IMG/VR virus record: IMGVR_UViG_3300037493_003528
Location: 14,811-78,810 of that record
DNA: 64,000 nt
Direction: 5' to 3' (one strand)
Source: a virus
This document shows, piece by piece, positions 33,071 through 42,635 of this stretch; the stretch's first letter is position 1; every line of letters begins with the position of its first letter. Under the pieces are notes generated by a model. The model searched no databases, was not told the origin of the DNA, and saw only the letters and a program-made list of their open reading frames with translations. The translations under genes and the position numbers were made by a program.

Positions 33071-34489
33071 ATGCCACGTTTTGATAATCGTATAAAAGAA
33101 GTTGATAATGTAGAACTAACGTTGTCACAGGTTAATTCCATTGCACGTATGGCTGATGCAATTGGTGAGGATAAGAATGGTTGGTCTATAGCAATTTCTA
33201 GTTTTAAGAAATCACATAAAATTTCTGGTGGTAAGTGGGTAAAGGATAATATATTAGACAAGGAAATTTCTTCTGCTTATGTCACTAAGCAGGATAATGG
33301 AACTTATTGGATAACTGCCGTATCAACTGCTGCAATAAAAGATCGTGAGGGAGAAACTTTTACAACTGCTGCAATTGATTATGATATGAATGTTGCTAAG
33401 GAAACTGGAGTTTATCCACAGTTTAGGGTGTTCCATTCTGGTGGTCTTGGAATAGGGCAGGTATCTAAGATGTCCAGAGTTGGTATTTTTGCTATTGATG
33501 AGGGATCGTCTTACAATGATGCCTTTTCTTTGGATGTGTGTGAGAAGATGTTGTCCCGCAATGCAGATGGAAAGTGGCGTGTATCCAGAGGTTTTAGAGT
33601 TCTTGAGGCTTCAGGAATATGTCCAGATTGCGGAGAGGATTTGTTAATCCGTACCAAACACATGGCGATAGGTTTTAGATGTCCCACGTGTAATTCTATT
33701 CAATTGGGATCTAAGGGATCTTTGGGTAACCTTAAATTTCTGAAGGCAAAAACATTTGACATTACGGTAACAGATGTACCTGCTGTGCCGTGGACAGGTG
33801 TTAGTGCATTTCCAATTGATTTATCATATATGGAGGTTGGAATGAATAAAAAAGAATTGCGAACACGGTTACTGAAAGCTGGTTTGGATGAGTTGAAAGT
33901 AGATGAGCGGTTGGAAGGTATCTCGGAAGATACTCTTAAAGAGTTTGACAACATTCCTGAAGCTATACTTCTGAAGGAATTTTCAGCTGATGCTGAAGAG
34001 TCTGAGACTACCATTGATTCGGATAATGTTTTTACGCTGGATGAAAGTGTCCTAAAGGAATTTTCTAAGATCGTTGCTAAACAGGTATCTGAAGTCGTTT
34101 CTATGCAATTGGATGGTCTGACTGTGGAAGTGGAAGAAGATGAATTGAAGGAAAATTCTAAGATCGTTGAATTGCAAGGTGCCATTGATGAATTGAAGGA
34201 GTTGGTTGAGTTACTAATTGGTAAGAAAACCACAGTTAGTGATGAAGTTGAAACTCCTCGTAACGGTTTGCGTGTCCTGCGAGCTAAGGCATTTCCTCCG
34301 AAGAAGGATGGTAAGAATAAGTTTCCTCCTGATGAGGAATCCGACGAAGATTCATCTGACGACGAAGATGCCGATAATGCACCAGTGAAGAAGGTTGCTA
34401 AGGAATATGGCGACGATGTTTTGATTGTTGGTGCTAATGGAAAACGAATGAAGAGTATGACAGATTTTGTCACAAGTGGAGGTGACTAA
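33071..34489 (+). CDS. prohead protease / scaffold fusion with zinc-finger insert
   Basis: DREGE..RVFH..VSRGF..ITVTDVPA protease-like core; CPDC..CPTC; acidic C-terminal region. Confidence 0.65.
   Translation: MPRFDNRIKEVDNVELTLSQVNSIARMADAIGEDKNGWSIAISSFKKSHKISGGKWVKDNILDKEISSAYVTKQDNGTYWITAVSTAAIKDREGETFTTAAIDYDMNVAKETGVYPQFRVFHSGGLGIGQVSKMSRVGIFAIDEGSSYNDAFSLDVCEKMLSRNADGKWRVSRGFRVLEASGICPDCGEDLLIRTKHMAIGFRCPTCNSIQLGSKGSLGNLKFLKAKTFDITVTDVPAVPWTGVSAFPIDLSYMEVGMNKKELRTRLLKAGLDELKVDERLEGISEDTLKEFDNIPEAILLKEFSADAEESETTIDSDNVFTLDESVLKEFSKIVAKQVSEVVSMQLDGLTVEVEEDELKENSKIVELQGAIDELKELVELLIGKKTTVSDEVETPRNGLRVLRAKAFPPKKDGKNKFPPDEESDEDSSDDEDADNAPVKKVAKEYGDDVLIVGANGKRMKSMTDFVTSGGD
33842..34489 (+). 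CDS. nested in-frame scaffold protein
   Basis: Internal GGAGGT RBS at 33832 before in-frame ATG (MNKKELR..). Confidence 0.5.
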   Translation: MNKKELRTRLLKAGLDELKVDERLEGISEDTLKEFDNIPEAILLKEFSADAEESETTIDSDNVFTLDESVLKEFSKIVAKQVSEVVSMQLDGLTVEVEEDELKENSKIVELQGAIDELKELVELLIGKKTTVSDEVETPRNGLRVLRAKAFPPKKDGKNKFPPDEESDEDSSDDEDADNAPVKKVAKEYGDDVLIVGANGKRMKSMTDFVTSGGD

Positions 34490-35850
34490 TGCCTAATGGA
34501 TTGATAACTAATGTATTTGATCGTCCTGGTTTGGTTCGTCTGAAGGAGCAGGAACTTGGGAGTCCTTCTACGACCAATATTTATGGTCGGTATTCCATTT
34601 TCAATGAGTGTGCTGCAGGAGACATCTTTGGTCTTCAGGTTCAGACTCATGGTCTGTTGAATTGGATCGGGTGGCGTCCCAATAAATATTATCGTCGGCG
34701 TGTTGATTTTGTGACATGGATGGGTCCAGAAGGCACTGCTGCTGGACAAGCTGGTAATGGTGCTGGAGCTCCTTGCTCAGATCCTACCGTTGGTTTTGAA
34801 TATGGTCAGGGTGGTTACGAGATGGTTCACAAATCCTGGTACCACTTTATTGGTGATCCTTTGGATCCTCATACTGTTGTTCAGGAACGTTGTGAAACAT
34901 CCCCACGTTACCGTCTTAATGGTCAGCTCATCAGTGATGATGTTGAATGGCAGATGAACGGTATTATGACTGCCATGCAGCAGAATATGCGTCGTGACTT
35001 GGTCCATGGCTCACATGGTAATGCATATGAAATGGACGGTTTGGAATCTATTATTAAGACTGGTTATGTTGATGATTTCAATCAGCCTATGCCTATGGTG
35101 GATTCAATCTTGGTAGCTTGGAATGATAATCTGGACGGTCTCATAAATGGCAATGGTAATTTCTTTGACTATATGGATGAAGTTGTCAATGAGATTGAGT
35201 ATCGTGCTACAGCGTTTGGCAGCATATCAGAAACTGATATGGTCCTGGTTACCAGTCGGTTTATGGCTACTTGCCTTTTGGATGCGTATGCTTGTTACAC
35301 TACCTGCGGTGTTACCGATACAGGCGATGTGTCAGATCAAGCTTTGCGAGCACAGCAACGTCAATTGCGGATGCAGCTTAATGCTGGTCCTTTGTATGAC
35401 GGTGCGTCAGCAGTTGGATTTATTCAGTTGAAATCTGGTAGACGGTTACCGATTATGGTGGATGACACCATGGACATTGGTAAAGCGTTGTACGGCTGGA
35501 ATACTGATATCTACCTGCTAACTCGTAAGGTTGGTTCTCTCGACGTGCTTTACGGAGAATTTTTGGATATGCGTGTGTACGAGAATCGCATCAAGAAATT
35601 TGCTCCTAAATTCACTGCTCAGAGTGATGCAGCTGGACGATTTGTAACTAAGGCGAAAGAAGATAATTGGTGTTTCACCCTCATGCTTGGTACAAGTCCA
35701 GAAGTTTATATTTCTGCTCCTTGGGCACAGGCTCGCATCTCCGGAGTTTCTTGTGCTAAGAAACGTCGTCCTGTGAATGGTGATCCTTACCAGATCGAAT
35801 ATCTTCCTGGCGAGGGTGTTCTCTACAAAGCAAAGACTTCCCTATACTAA
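34489..35850 (+). CDS. major capsid protein
   Basis: Position after scaffold; EMDGLESII motif; followed by strong hairpin. Confidence 0.75.
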   Translation: MPNGLITNVFDRPGLVRLKEQELGSPSTTNIYGRYSIFNECAAGDIFGLQVQTHGLLNWIGWRPNKYYRRRVDFVTWMGPEGTAAGQAGNGAGAPCSDPTVGFEYGQGGYEMVHKSWYHFIGDPLDPHTVVQERCETSPRYRLNGQLISDDVEWQMNGIMTAMQQNMRRDLVHGSHGNAYEMDGLESIIKTGYVDDFNQPMPMVDSILVAWNDNLDGLINGNGNFFDYMDEVVNEIEYRATAFGSISETDMVLVTSRFMATCLLDAYACYTTCGVTDTGDVSDQALRAQQRQLRMQLNAGPLYDGASAVGFIQLKSGRRLPIMVDDTMDIGKALYGWNTDIYLLTRKVGSLDVLYGEFLDMRVYENRIKKFAPKFTAQSDAAGRFVTKAKEDNWCFTLMLGTSPEVYISAPWAQARISGVSCAKKRRPVNGDPYQIEYLPGEGVLYKAKTSLY

Positions 35851-35874
35851 TATTGGAAGTTTGGTTATTAATAT

Positions 35875-35911
35875 TTGTAGGAGTTTGGTGATGAAAACCA
35901 AACTCCTACAA
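35875..35911 (+). terminator. 15-bp hairpin after capsid gene
   Basis: TTGTAGGAGTTTGGT-GATGAAA-ACCAAACTCCTACAA; only a short T tract follows. Confidence 0.6.
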
Positions 35912-35919
35912 GTTTAGTA
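35909..35919 (+). promoter_or_regulatory. promoter-like motif CAAGTTTAGTA
   Basis: Overlaps hairpin 3' end; upstream of 35929. Confidence 0.6.
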
Positions 35920-35928
35920 GTGTGAGAG

Positions 35929-37674
35929 GTGAATATGGATGATGTTCTTGTCTCTGTTGTTACTGGAACGTATAATCGCATACGATATCTGAAGGCAATG
36001 GTAACAACAGTGCGTAGTTCTATAGGTGTGGGGTTGCCATATGAAATAGTTTTGGTTGATGGTGGAAGTACTGATGGTACACAGGCTTGGTGTAAAACAC
36101 AAGAAGATATTGTTTTTATTGAACAGAATAAATTGGTTGGTGCTGTGAAGGCATTTAGTGCTGGATTTGCAAAAGCAAAGGGTAAGTATGTTATTATTGC
36201 GAATGATGATATTGTTTTTATGGATGATGCTATTATTGCAGCAGTTGCCTTTATGGAGATTCACATAGATGTTGGTATTGGGTGTTTTTGTCAGGATCGT
36301 GGAGAGCAGGCTTTTCATGTTGAGTTCATGTCAGCAGTTTTGAATGGACAGTCAATTAGCGTTCCTTATGGACAGGTTTGTATAGTTCCTAGGGAATTGG
36401 GTGATAAGGTTGGATGGTGGGGTAATTATCTTCACACATATGCTGGAGATAATGAGTTATCGTGTAATATGTTGGAATTGGGATACAGGGTAGAGCCTGT
36501 AGAACCATGTGCGTGCGTGCATGATTATGTTGTAAAGGATGATCTTAGAGTTGCAAATATGGGATCCATTGACAATCATCCAGCAACAGGTCATCCAGAT
36601 TCTAATGCTTGGGTGAAGAAGTGGACTCGTAATGGAAAGCGTGGTCCTATTATTGGTTCAGTTGGGAAGTATAGAACAGAGTCTGTTGTATCACGAGTTT
36701 TATATGCACCAATATATGATCCATCAATTAGAACGGATTTGTTGCGTACCACAAAGTATGGTTTACGTGAGGCACTTGCCAGAGAATTTCATGTTGTAGA
36801 ATTAGATTATTATGATAATCCATTGGAGATATTGGATGTAGCTGAGCGGTGGAAGCCAGATATATTTTTATTGCAGTTGCAGGATTCAAAAGTCTTTAAT
36901 CTAAATCATCTAAAATATCTTATGTCATACAACAGAAATTCCTTATTCATTAGTTGGAATGGTGATTTTATTTCTGAAAATATATTGGATTCGCAATATA
37001 TGGCTATGATGCAATTGATGCATTTACCATTATTTGTTACCACGTTTATGGAAGAGCAATATAAAGCTGTTGGTATAGATTTCAGGTTTTGGGAAATTGG
37101 TTACGAGGATATAAGAAATCCAGATGACGGTATTCCCACGATGAATACACCTAAGCACGATGTTTTGTTTCTCGGCAATGCTTATTATCCAGATCGTGTA
37201 GAACTTGGTAATGTGCTTAGGTCGCTTAAAGGCATAAATGTTGGTATATATGGAAATTGGAAAAGAATAAAAGCAAATGGTATGAACATCTACGATTTTG
37301 CAGATGGTATGAGGTTATACAGGAATTGCAAGATTGCAGTATCTGATTGCAGAAAGGCAAGAGGGTATGTATCAAATAGGTTGTTTCAGGAATTGTATGC
37401 TGGAGCGTTTGTGCTGCAAAAAAGAATTGAGGGGATGGAAGAACTGATTGGTTTGCAGGATGGAGTTCATCTTGTTATTTGGGATACATTTGATGACCTG
37501 AAGGAAAAGATTGTTTATTGGTTGGATCGTGATGAGGAAAGAAAGAAGATTGCAGAGGCAGGTCAATTATATGTTTCTGTAAATCATTCTTTTGATGTTA
37601 GAGTGCAGGAGTTGGAAGTTATGATGGCACAGCAGAAATTTGTATTTCATACAAAGGGTATACTTGGATTATGA
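35929..37674 (+). CDS. bifunctional glycosyltransferase (GT2 + CgeB-like GT-B)
   Basis: VLVDGGSTDGT, ANDDI; C-terminal DVLFLG..SNRLFQ..IAEAG..H. Confidence 0.85.
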   Translation: MNMDDVLVSVVTGTYNRIRYLKAMVTTVRSSIGVGLPYEIVLVDGGSTDGTQAWCKTQEDIVFIEQNKLVGAVKAFSAGFAKAKGKYVIIANDDIVFMDDAIIAAVAFMEIHIDVGIGCFCQDRGEQAFHVEFMSAVLNGQSISVPYGQVCIVPRELGDKVGWWGNYLHTYAGDNELSCNMLELGYRVEPVEPCACVHDYVVKDDLRVANMGSIDNHPATGHPDSNAWVKKWTRNGKRGPIIGSVGKYRTESVVSRVLYAPIYDPSIRTDLLRTTKYGLREALAREFHVVELDYYDNPLEILDVAERWKPDIFLLQLQDSKVFNLNHLKYLMSYNRNSLFISWNGDFISENILDSQYMAMMQLMHLPLFVTTFMEEQYKAVGIDFRFWEIGYEDIRNPDDGIPTMNTPKHDVLFLGNAYYPDRVELGNVLRSLKGINVGIYGNWKRIKANGMNIYDFADGMRLYRNCKIAVSDCRKARGYVSNRLFQELYAGAFVLQKRIEGMEELIGLQDGVHLVIWDTFDDLKEKIVYWLDRDEERKKIAEAGQLYVSVNHSFDVRVQELEVMMAQQKFVFHTKGILGL

Positions 37675-38954
37675 AAGATGTTACAATTATTATACCATCA
37701 TATGTAGTTGATGACAAAACATATGGTTGGTTGGTGGAATCAGTTGCATCTGCACTAGATCAGATGGTTCATGTAATTGTCTATGATGATGGTAGTCCTT
37801 ATAAAGTTGTAAATAAACTCATTAAGGAATTTAGTAGATCAGACCTGTATGTGTTTGGATCAGATGAAAATCATGGTGTTTCATATGCTAGGAATAGGGC
37901 AACTGAGAAGGTTGAGACGACTCTGTTTATTCCTTTGGATTGTGATGATAAGTTTGGAGAGGATGCCATTGAGAAATTGCATTTGATATGGGATGGTGTA
38001 CCAGTTTATTCAGATCTATCTAAATTTGGTAATGAGCATATAATTCATTTCAGGTTATTGGATTTTGATTGTAAAATGTTAAAGGAGAAATTGGGCATCG
38101 CACCAGTTTCTGTTTTACATTCCATAGAACAGTGGAAAACGTTGGGTGGTTGGAATGAGGATATAAATTTGTATGAGGATGCTGAATATAATGCAAGGTT
38201 GCTTGGGACATATTGTGGTAAGAATGTTCATGAGCCACTAATCATGTATAGGCAACATGATTTGCAGAGAACTAAGAAATATGATGCTATCTCAAGAAAC
38301 ATCAGTAAAAATATTTTGGATATGGTTAGGAGGTATGATATGCCATGCTCATCGTGTGGTGGTGCTCGTCGGTCTCAGATGGTTAAGAACAACTCATTTT
38401 CTTCAAGTATACCAAATGTTCTTCCTTTACAGAGTAGAATTGATAACATGCCTGGATCGCAGGGAGAACTTGTTTTGGCACATTACGTTGGTGGTGCAGG
38501 GAAAATGACACATTATTATCGTGGGGTTGTTACTAATTATCCCTATAAGGTTATGTACGATTCTCTTTTGTATGTAGATGTGAGAGATACATCAGAGCCA
38601 GATTCACTAAACAAGAAATCGTTTTTGTTACGAGTTAATAAGAGTGATACTTCAACAACTACCACTGCTCCAGTTGTTGAAGTATCTGCGATAGTTCCTG
38701 CAGATGTGATTATTGATACAGCTACTGTTAAAAGAGTTTCTGTTGCATTTGTGGAGAAGGTTCCAATTGTAGATTTGGATAAGGTTGCTATTAATGATGA
38801 CATTGATTACTTGCCTGATATTGCAAATTTGTCTGTAAGAGCAATTCGTAATTTAGATATTGATGAAGAAGTAGCTAGGAAACTGTTGAAGATTGAGACG
38901 TTTGGTCTGAATAGGGAACGTGTTATTGAGTGGTTAAATAACAGGTTAAAATGA
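37671..38954 (+). CDS. GT2 glycosyltransferase with C-terminal extension
   Basis: IIIPSY..VYDDGS..GVSYARN..PLDCDD..YED. Confidence 0.8.
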   Translation: MKDVTIIIPSYVVDDKTYGWLVESVASALDQMVHVIVYDDGSPYKVVNKLIKEFSRSDLYVFGSDENHGVSYARNRATEKVETTLFIPLDCDDKFGEDAIEKLHLIWDGVPVYSDLSKFGNEHIIHFRLLDFDCKMLKEKLGIAPVSVLHSIEQWKTLGGWNEDINLYEDAEYNARLLGTYCGKNVHEPLIMYRQHDLQRTKKYDAISRNISKNILDMVRRYDMPCSSCGGARRSQMVKNNSFSSSIPNVLPLQSRIDNMPGSQGELVLAHYVGGAGKMTHYYRGVVTNYPYKVMYDSLLYVDVRDTSEPDSLNKKSFLLRVNKSDTSTTTTAPVVEVSAIVPADVIIDTATVKRVSVAFVEKVPIVDLDKVAINDDIDYLPDIANLSVRAIRNLDIDEEVARKLLKIETFGLNRERVIEWLNNRLK

Positions 38955-39286
38955 TAAATTACATATACATTGCGTTGGGTGTGTTTGGTTTTACATATCT
39001 TTTACGATATCTGGATGGTCCATTTGACATTCTAAGAAATTTTAGGAAATTATTTGGATTAACATACATTGAGGTTTTGGATAGTCCAGGTGAGGAAATT
39101 GAAGAATATCCAGATAAACCATTGGGTAGGTTCATCAGTTGTTTTTGGTGTCTTACAACGTGGGTATCTATCATATTTTGTGTTACGTTTTCTATTATCA
39201 ATAATAATGCAATATTTGACACGTTTGTAGGTATATTTATATGTGTGGGAGTTTCTGGATTTATTCACGATATGATAAGAAGGTAA
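38951..39286 (+). CDS. DUF1360-like membrane protein
   Basis: DGPF..R..CFWCLTTWVS, hydrophobic segments. Confidence 0.55.
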   Translation: MINYIYIALGVFGFTYLLRYLDGPFDILRNFRKLFGLTYIEVLDSPGEEIEEYPDKPLGRFISCFWCLTTWVSIIFCVTFSIINNNAIFDTFVGIFICVGVSGFIHDMIRR

Positions 39287-39290
39287 CTAT

Positions 39291-40346
39291 ATGGCTAGAA
39301 TATCATACAATACATTAGCGGATGATTACCAGGAGGGGATAACTCTTGATAGGTATCAAGAGTTGATGGGATTACCACTAAATGCATTTAATGGTTTAAA
39401 CAATCCTGACGAGATAAATGATTATGTTTGTAGTACGATATGGACTCAGGGTCATCGAGATTATTTAGCAAAATATTTGGCAGCATCAGAGGAGATGCGT
39501 GAACAGGAATTGGGATTTTTCATTGCTCCAAAATATATTTCAAATGAGAGACACGTACCAAAATCATCTACAATACTTAATCGTAAATGGTTTGTGAAAA
39601 TTGGTAAGAAAACTGACACGTTAATATCATCTGGTGTATCATTAGTTTTGTCAACAATATATGGTGTTTATGATCCTGTTGTTATAATTGTTCCAACAAC
39701 CGTTACAGATGCAAGTGAAATCTTAGTTACTTATCCAGGTGAGAAGATTGCAATACATCCAACATATGTTTCAATTTCGGGTGGGAATGTAGAGATTCGT
39801 ATTCCCAGAGGTAGACTGGTGGATCCTACTCTGAATGATGATCGTGAGGATCACCTGGATTATTTTGATGACGCAAATTTTATAACATCTGTAGACGTTT
39901 ATCGTCGTTGGTATGATCCAACCTATGGTATAGAAATAGTTTCTCACATAGAAAATACTTTTACGGAAAGCATTAAGGCTGGTTTTGCACTGGTGTTGGA
40001 TAACAGAACTGCAGTTGTGGAGGTGCATCAGGCAACGTGGGTTGCTGGAGTACCTTCTCCTGATTGTGCTGCATCATGCACTGATTTCAAGTTCATGAGG
40101 ATTAATTATTTGTCAGGTAGGCAGAGTTCTATAAAAGTGGAACTTGAGACGGCTCGTCTAGCTCATACACTTATGCCATATTCACCTTGTGCTTGTGAGC
40201 CTGTTCAGTTATATTGGTTGGATGATTGCAATTCTAAGGATTATGATTTAACACCTTATGGAAATAAATCTGGTGCTATAAATGCGTGGATAGCGGATTC
40301 CAGATCTAAGATAGGATTTGGTACTGCTATTGGAGGAATCAAATGA
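39291..40346 (+). CDS. putative head-tail connector / structural protein
   Basis: Position between head and tail genes. Confidence 0.45.
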   Translation: MARISYNTLADDYQEGITLDRYQELMGLPLNAFNGLNNPDEINDYVCSTIWTQGHRDYLAKYLAASEEMREQELGFFIAPKYISNERHVPKSSTILNRKWFVKIGKKTDTLISSGVSLVLSTIYGVYDPVVIIVPTTVTDASEILVTYPGEKIAIHPTYVSISGGNVEIRIPRGRLVDPTLNDDREDHLDYFDDANFITSVDVYRRWYDPTYGIEIVSHIENTFTESIKAGFALVLDNRTAVVEVHQATWVAGVPSPDCAASCTDFKFMRINYLSGRQSSIKVELETARLAHTLMPYSPCACEPVQLYWLDDCNSKDYDLTPYGNKSGAINAWIADSRSKIGFGTAIGGIK

Positions 40347-40999
40347 AGTTTATCATAAGAACAAAATCGTTTCCTGATCATAAGGGTATTCCTGGTCATC
40401 AAGGTGGCTCTCTTTCAAGAAATGGCAGTGATGGGAAGGATGAAGATCCTGTAAAGATGTATGAGCAGGGTGCTAAAGTTGGAGATATTGTAGATCATTT
40501 TAGTAAATCGCCACATGCCGAAAATCTTGCAAGGCAGGTTGCCGAAGGAAAGCAAAGGTTCAATGATGATAAAGCGAAGCGTAATCAAGAGCTAGTTGCA
40601 GAGCAACAGGCAAGACGATCGCAAGAATTAAAGATTACAGGAAGTGAGATTTCAGCATATGATAGGATGGTTGCAGATGAAAAGAAGTGGCGGGAAGATA
40701 ATCCAGCTCTAGACACAACTAAACTTCCTGAGTATGCAGCATGGAAGAAATTCCAGGATTCAGTCGGTAAATATTATTCATATAACATATATGTGTCTCC
40801 AAATTCTAAGACAGTTGAGATTTCATTCAAGAGTAAGAGTATAAGTATCACTAAACAGCGTGCGCAGATTCAGAATATGATAACTAGCAACAATCTTCCT
40901 GGAAGTGAATTTTATGGTTCTGGTTACGAGGTAGAGCATGATCCAGATGCTATAGAAGGTACTCCAGCATATACTCATACATTCAGGTATGGATATTGA
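40343..40999 (+). CDS. leader-tagged hypothetical protein inserted in structural module
   Basis: MKFIIRTKSFPDHKGIPGHQGGSLSR. Confidence 0.75.
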   Translation: MKFIIRTKSFPDHKGIPGHQGGSLSRNGSDGKDEDPVKMYEQGAKVGDIVDHFSKSPHAENLARQVAEGKQRFNDDKAKRNQELVAEQQARRSQELKITGSEISAYDRMVADEKKWREDNPALDTTKLPEYAAWKKFQDSVGKYYSYNIYVSPNSKTVEISFKSKSISITKQRAQIQNMITSNNLPGSEFYGSGYEVEHDPDAIEGTPAYTHTFRYGY

Positions 41000-41007
41000 G
41001 GTAAAAT

Positions 41008-41583
41008 TTGGCAAAACTATTCTCTGTAAATGTTATACGTAGACCAAAAGCAGCAAGACGGGTTGCAGAAGAGGTTAGGAATGAGGTGCGTACAGCTTAT
41101 AAGAATTTAGCAGAGGATTGTATAAACAAATTGGATTTCAATGTTCTTGGTTGGGAAAAAGCACCAAAATTTGCTAGTAAGATATCAGTTACGGAAAAGG
41201 AATGGCAACTGAGTATTGGTTATGATCCTAAGACAGATGGAGGAATGCACTATTTGTGGGCAGACAAAGGAACTGGAGAGCGTGGTGGTGGGGATCCTTA
41301 TGAGATTGTTCCAAAGAATAAGAAGGGTCATCTTGTGTTTACGTATCCTCCACACATCCCCAAAACTTTTCCAATTCCAGCTGTTCCTGGTATAATTGTG
41401 CATGGTCTTCCCAGGATTAATATTCGTAAGAAGGTAACAGCTCCTGGTATCTATCCTAGGAACTTCTCGAAGAATCTTACCGACTTTCTGAAGAAAAGGG
41501 AGCAGGTAGGTGGTTTGCGCAGTGTTACGGAAGCAGCAATAAAAAGAGCGTTTAGGACGTTGGGAATATATGATAGAAAATAA
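41008..41583 (+). CDS. putative tail-completion/neck (HK97 gp10-like) protein
   Basis: Basic; YLWADKGT..YEIVPK..VTAPGI.PRNF. Confidence 0.5.
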   Translation: MAKLFSVNVIRRPKAARRVAEEVRNEVRTAYKNLAEDCINKLDFNVLGWEKAPKFASKISVTEKEWQLSIGYDPKTDGGMHYLWADKGTGERGGGDPYEIVPKNKKGHLVFTYPPHIPKTFPIPAVPGIIVHGLPRINIRKKVTAPGIYPRNFSKNLTDFLKKREQVGGLRSVTEAAIKRAFRTLGIYDRK

Positions 41584-41605
41584 TAATAATAAAAAGAGGT
41601 GAGAA

Positions 41606-42256
41606 ATGAAAATAATTTTAAGAACAAAATCGTTCCCAGATCCTGGCCATGAGGGAAGACCAGGAAAGCGTGGTGGCTCTCTTCCGAGAAAGGGTGGTGG
41701 GGAGAAGAAGGCTGATGAGAAGATTAATGAGGAAGTTGATTTATCAAAGCCACATTGGAGAGACATAAATGGTGTGACGCATCAAGGTGAGGAAGAAGAT
41801 CCTGAGCCATCATATTATTATGGGAAGAGACAGGAGAGAAAGTTTGGAACAGGTCTCAGTTCTAATAATCCAACTTTACTTCAGGATGAAGGAACTAATG
41901 ATACAATGTTTAGTACTAGAAGAAGCGATTTGAAGGTAGCTGCAGAAACTGGTGAGAAGATTAATAATATAGGATCGTATAAGAATGTTTTTCGTGCGCT
42001 GGAAGCGTTGGCAGGTGATAATGGTGGTGCTGTTAATACAGAGTATGAGATTCCAAATGGGAAGGTAAAAGCATTTGCCATCGCTGACAAAGTCCTTAGT
42101 AAATTGGATAGAGATGATTTTATGCAGGTTGTTGCAGGTGATTATGACAAGACACAGAAAATATTGAATGGATTTGGACGTGATGGTAGGACAACTGATA
42201 AATTACTTGAGGCACTATTTCAAGGTAATTTGAGTGATTCTATAAATTATGATTAG
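41606..42256 (+). CDS. leader-tagged hypothetical protein inserted in structural module
   Basis: MKIILRTKSFPDPGHEGRPGKRGGSLPR. Confidence 0.75.
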   Translation: MKIILRTKSFPDPGHEGRPGKRGGSLPRKGGGEKKADEKINEEVDLSKPHWRDINGVTHQGEEEDPEPSYYYGKRQERKFGTGLSSNNPTLLQDEGTNDTMFSTRRSDLKVAAETGEKINNIGSYKNVFRALEALAGDNGGAVNTEYEIPNGKVKAFAIADKVLSKLDRDDFMQVVAGDYDKTQKILNGFGRDGRTTDKLLEALFQGNLSDSINYD

Positions 42257-42262
42257 GTAATT

Positions 42263-42634
42263 ATGACAAAACAATCAGAATTTACAATGGTTAGGTACGT
42301 ACAAAAGTTTGGTAATGTGGCTGTTGTTAATGTTGATGATGATCTCAAACTCATCCAAAGTGTGTACGTAACCGTTGCAATTGGTGAAGAATTTAGCATA
42401 CCAACTGAGATTTTATTCAGAGGAGTTGATTATGGAATAGACTGGACAGTGATTTATCCTACTGGTTTGCATATAGAGCCTGATAATATTCAAAAATCTT
42501 TTTATGCACACGGTATATTTACAATAGAGGATATTACCAAAGATCCAAACAGAGTTATTGCAGCAATAAATTCTATATTAAAATTGACTGCCATAAAAAT
42601 AATTAGTGATACTAAAGAAATGTTAGGAGGATAA
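42263..42634 (+). CDS. hypothetical protein
   Basis: ORF in tail region. Confidence 0.55.
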   Translation: MTKQSEFTMVRYVQKFGNVAVVNVDDDLKLIQSVYVTVAIGEEFSIPTEILFRGVDYGIDWTVIYPTGLHIEPDNIQKSFYAHGIFTIEDITKDPNRVIAAINSILKLTAIKIISDTKEMLGG

Positions 42635-42635
42635 C

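Noticed and set aside
33700-34473. 257-aa minus-strand ORF
   Set aside because: Antisense shadow of the acidic scaffold region; no motif, and all credible genes are on +.
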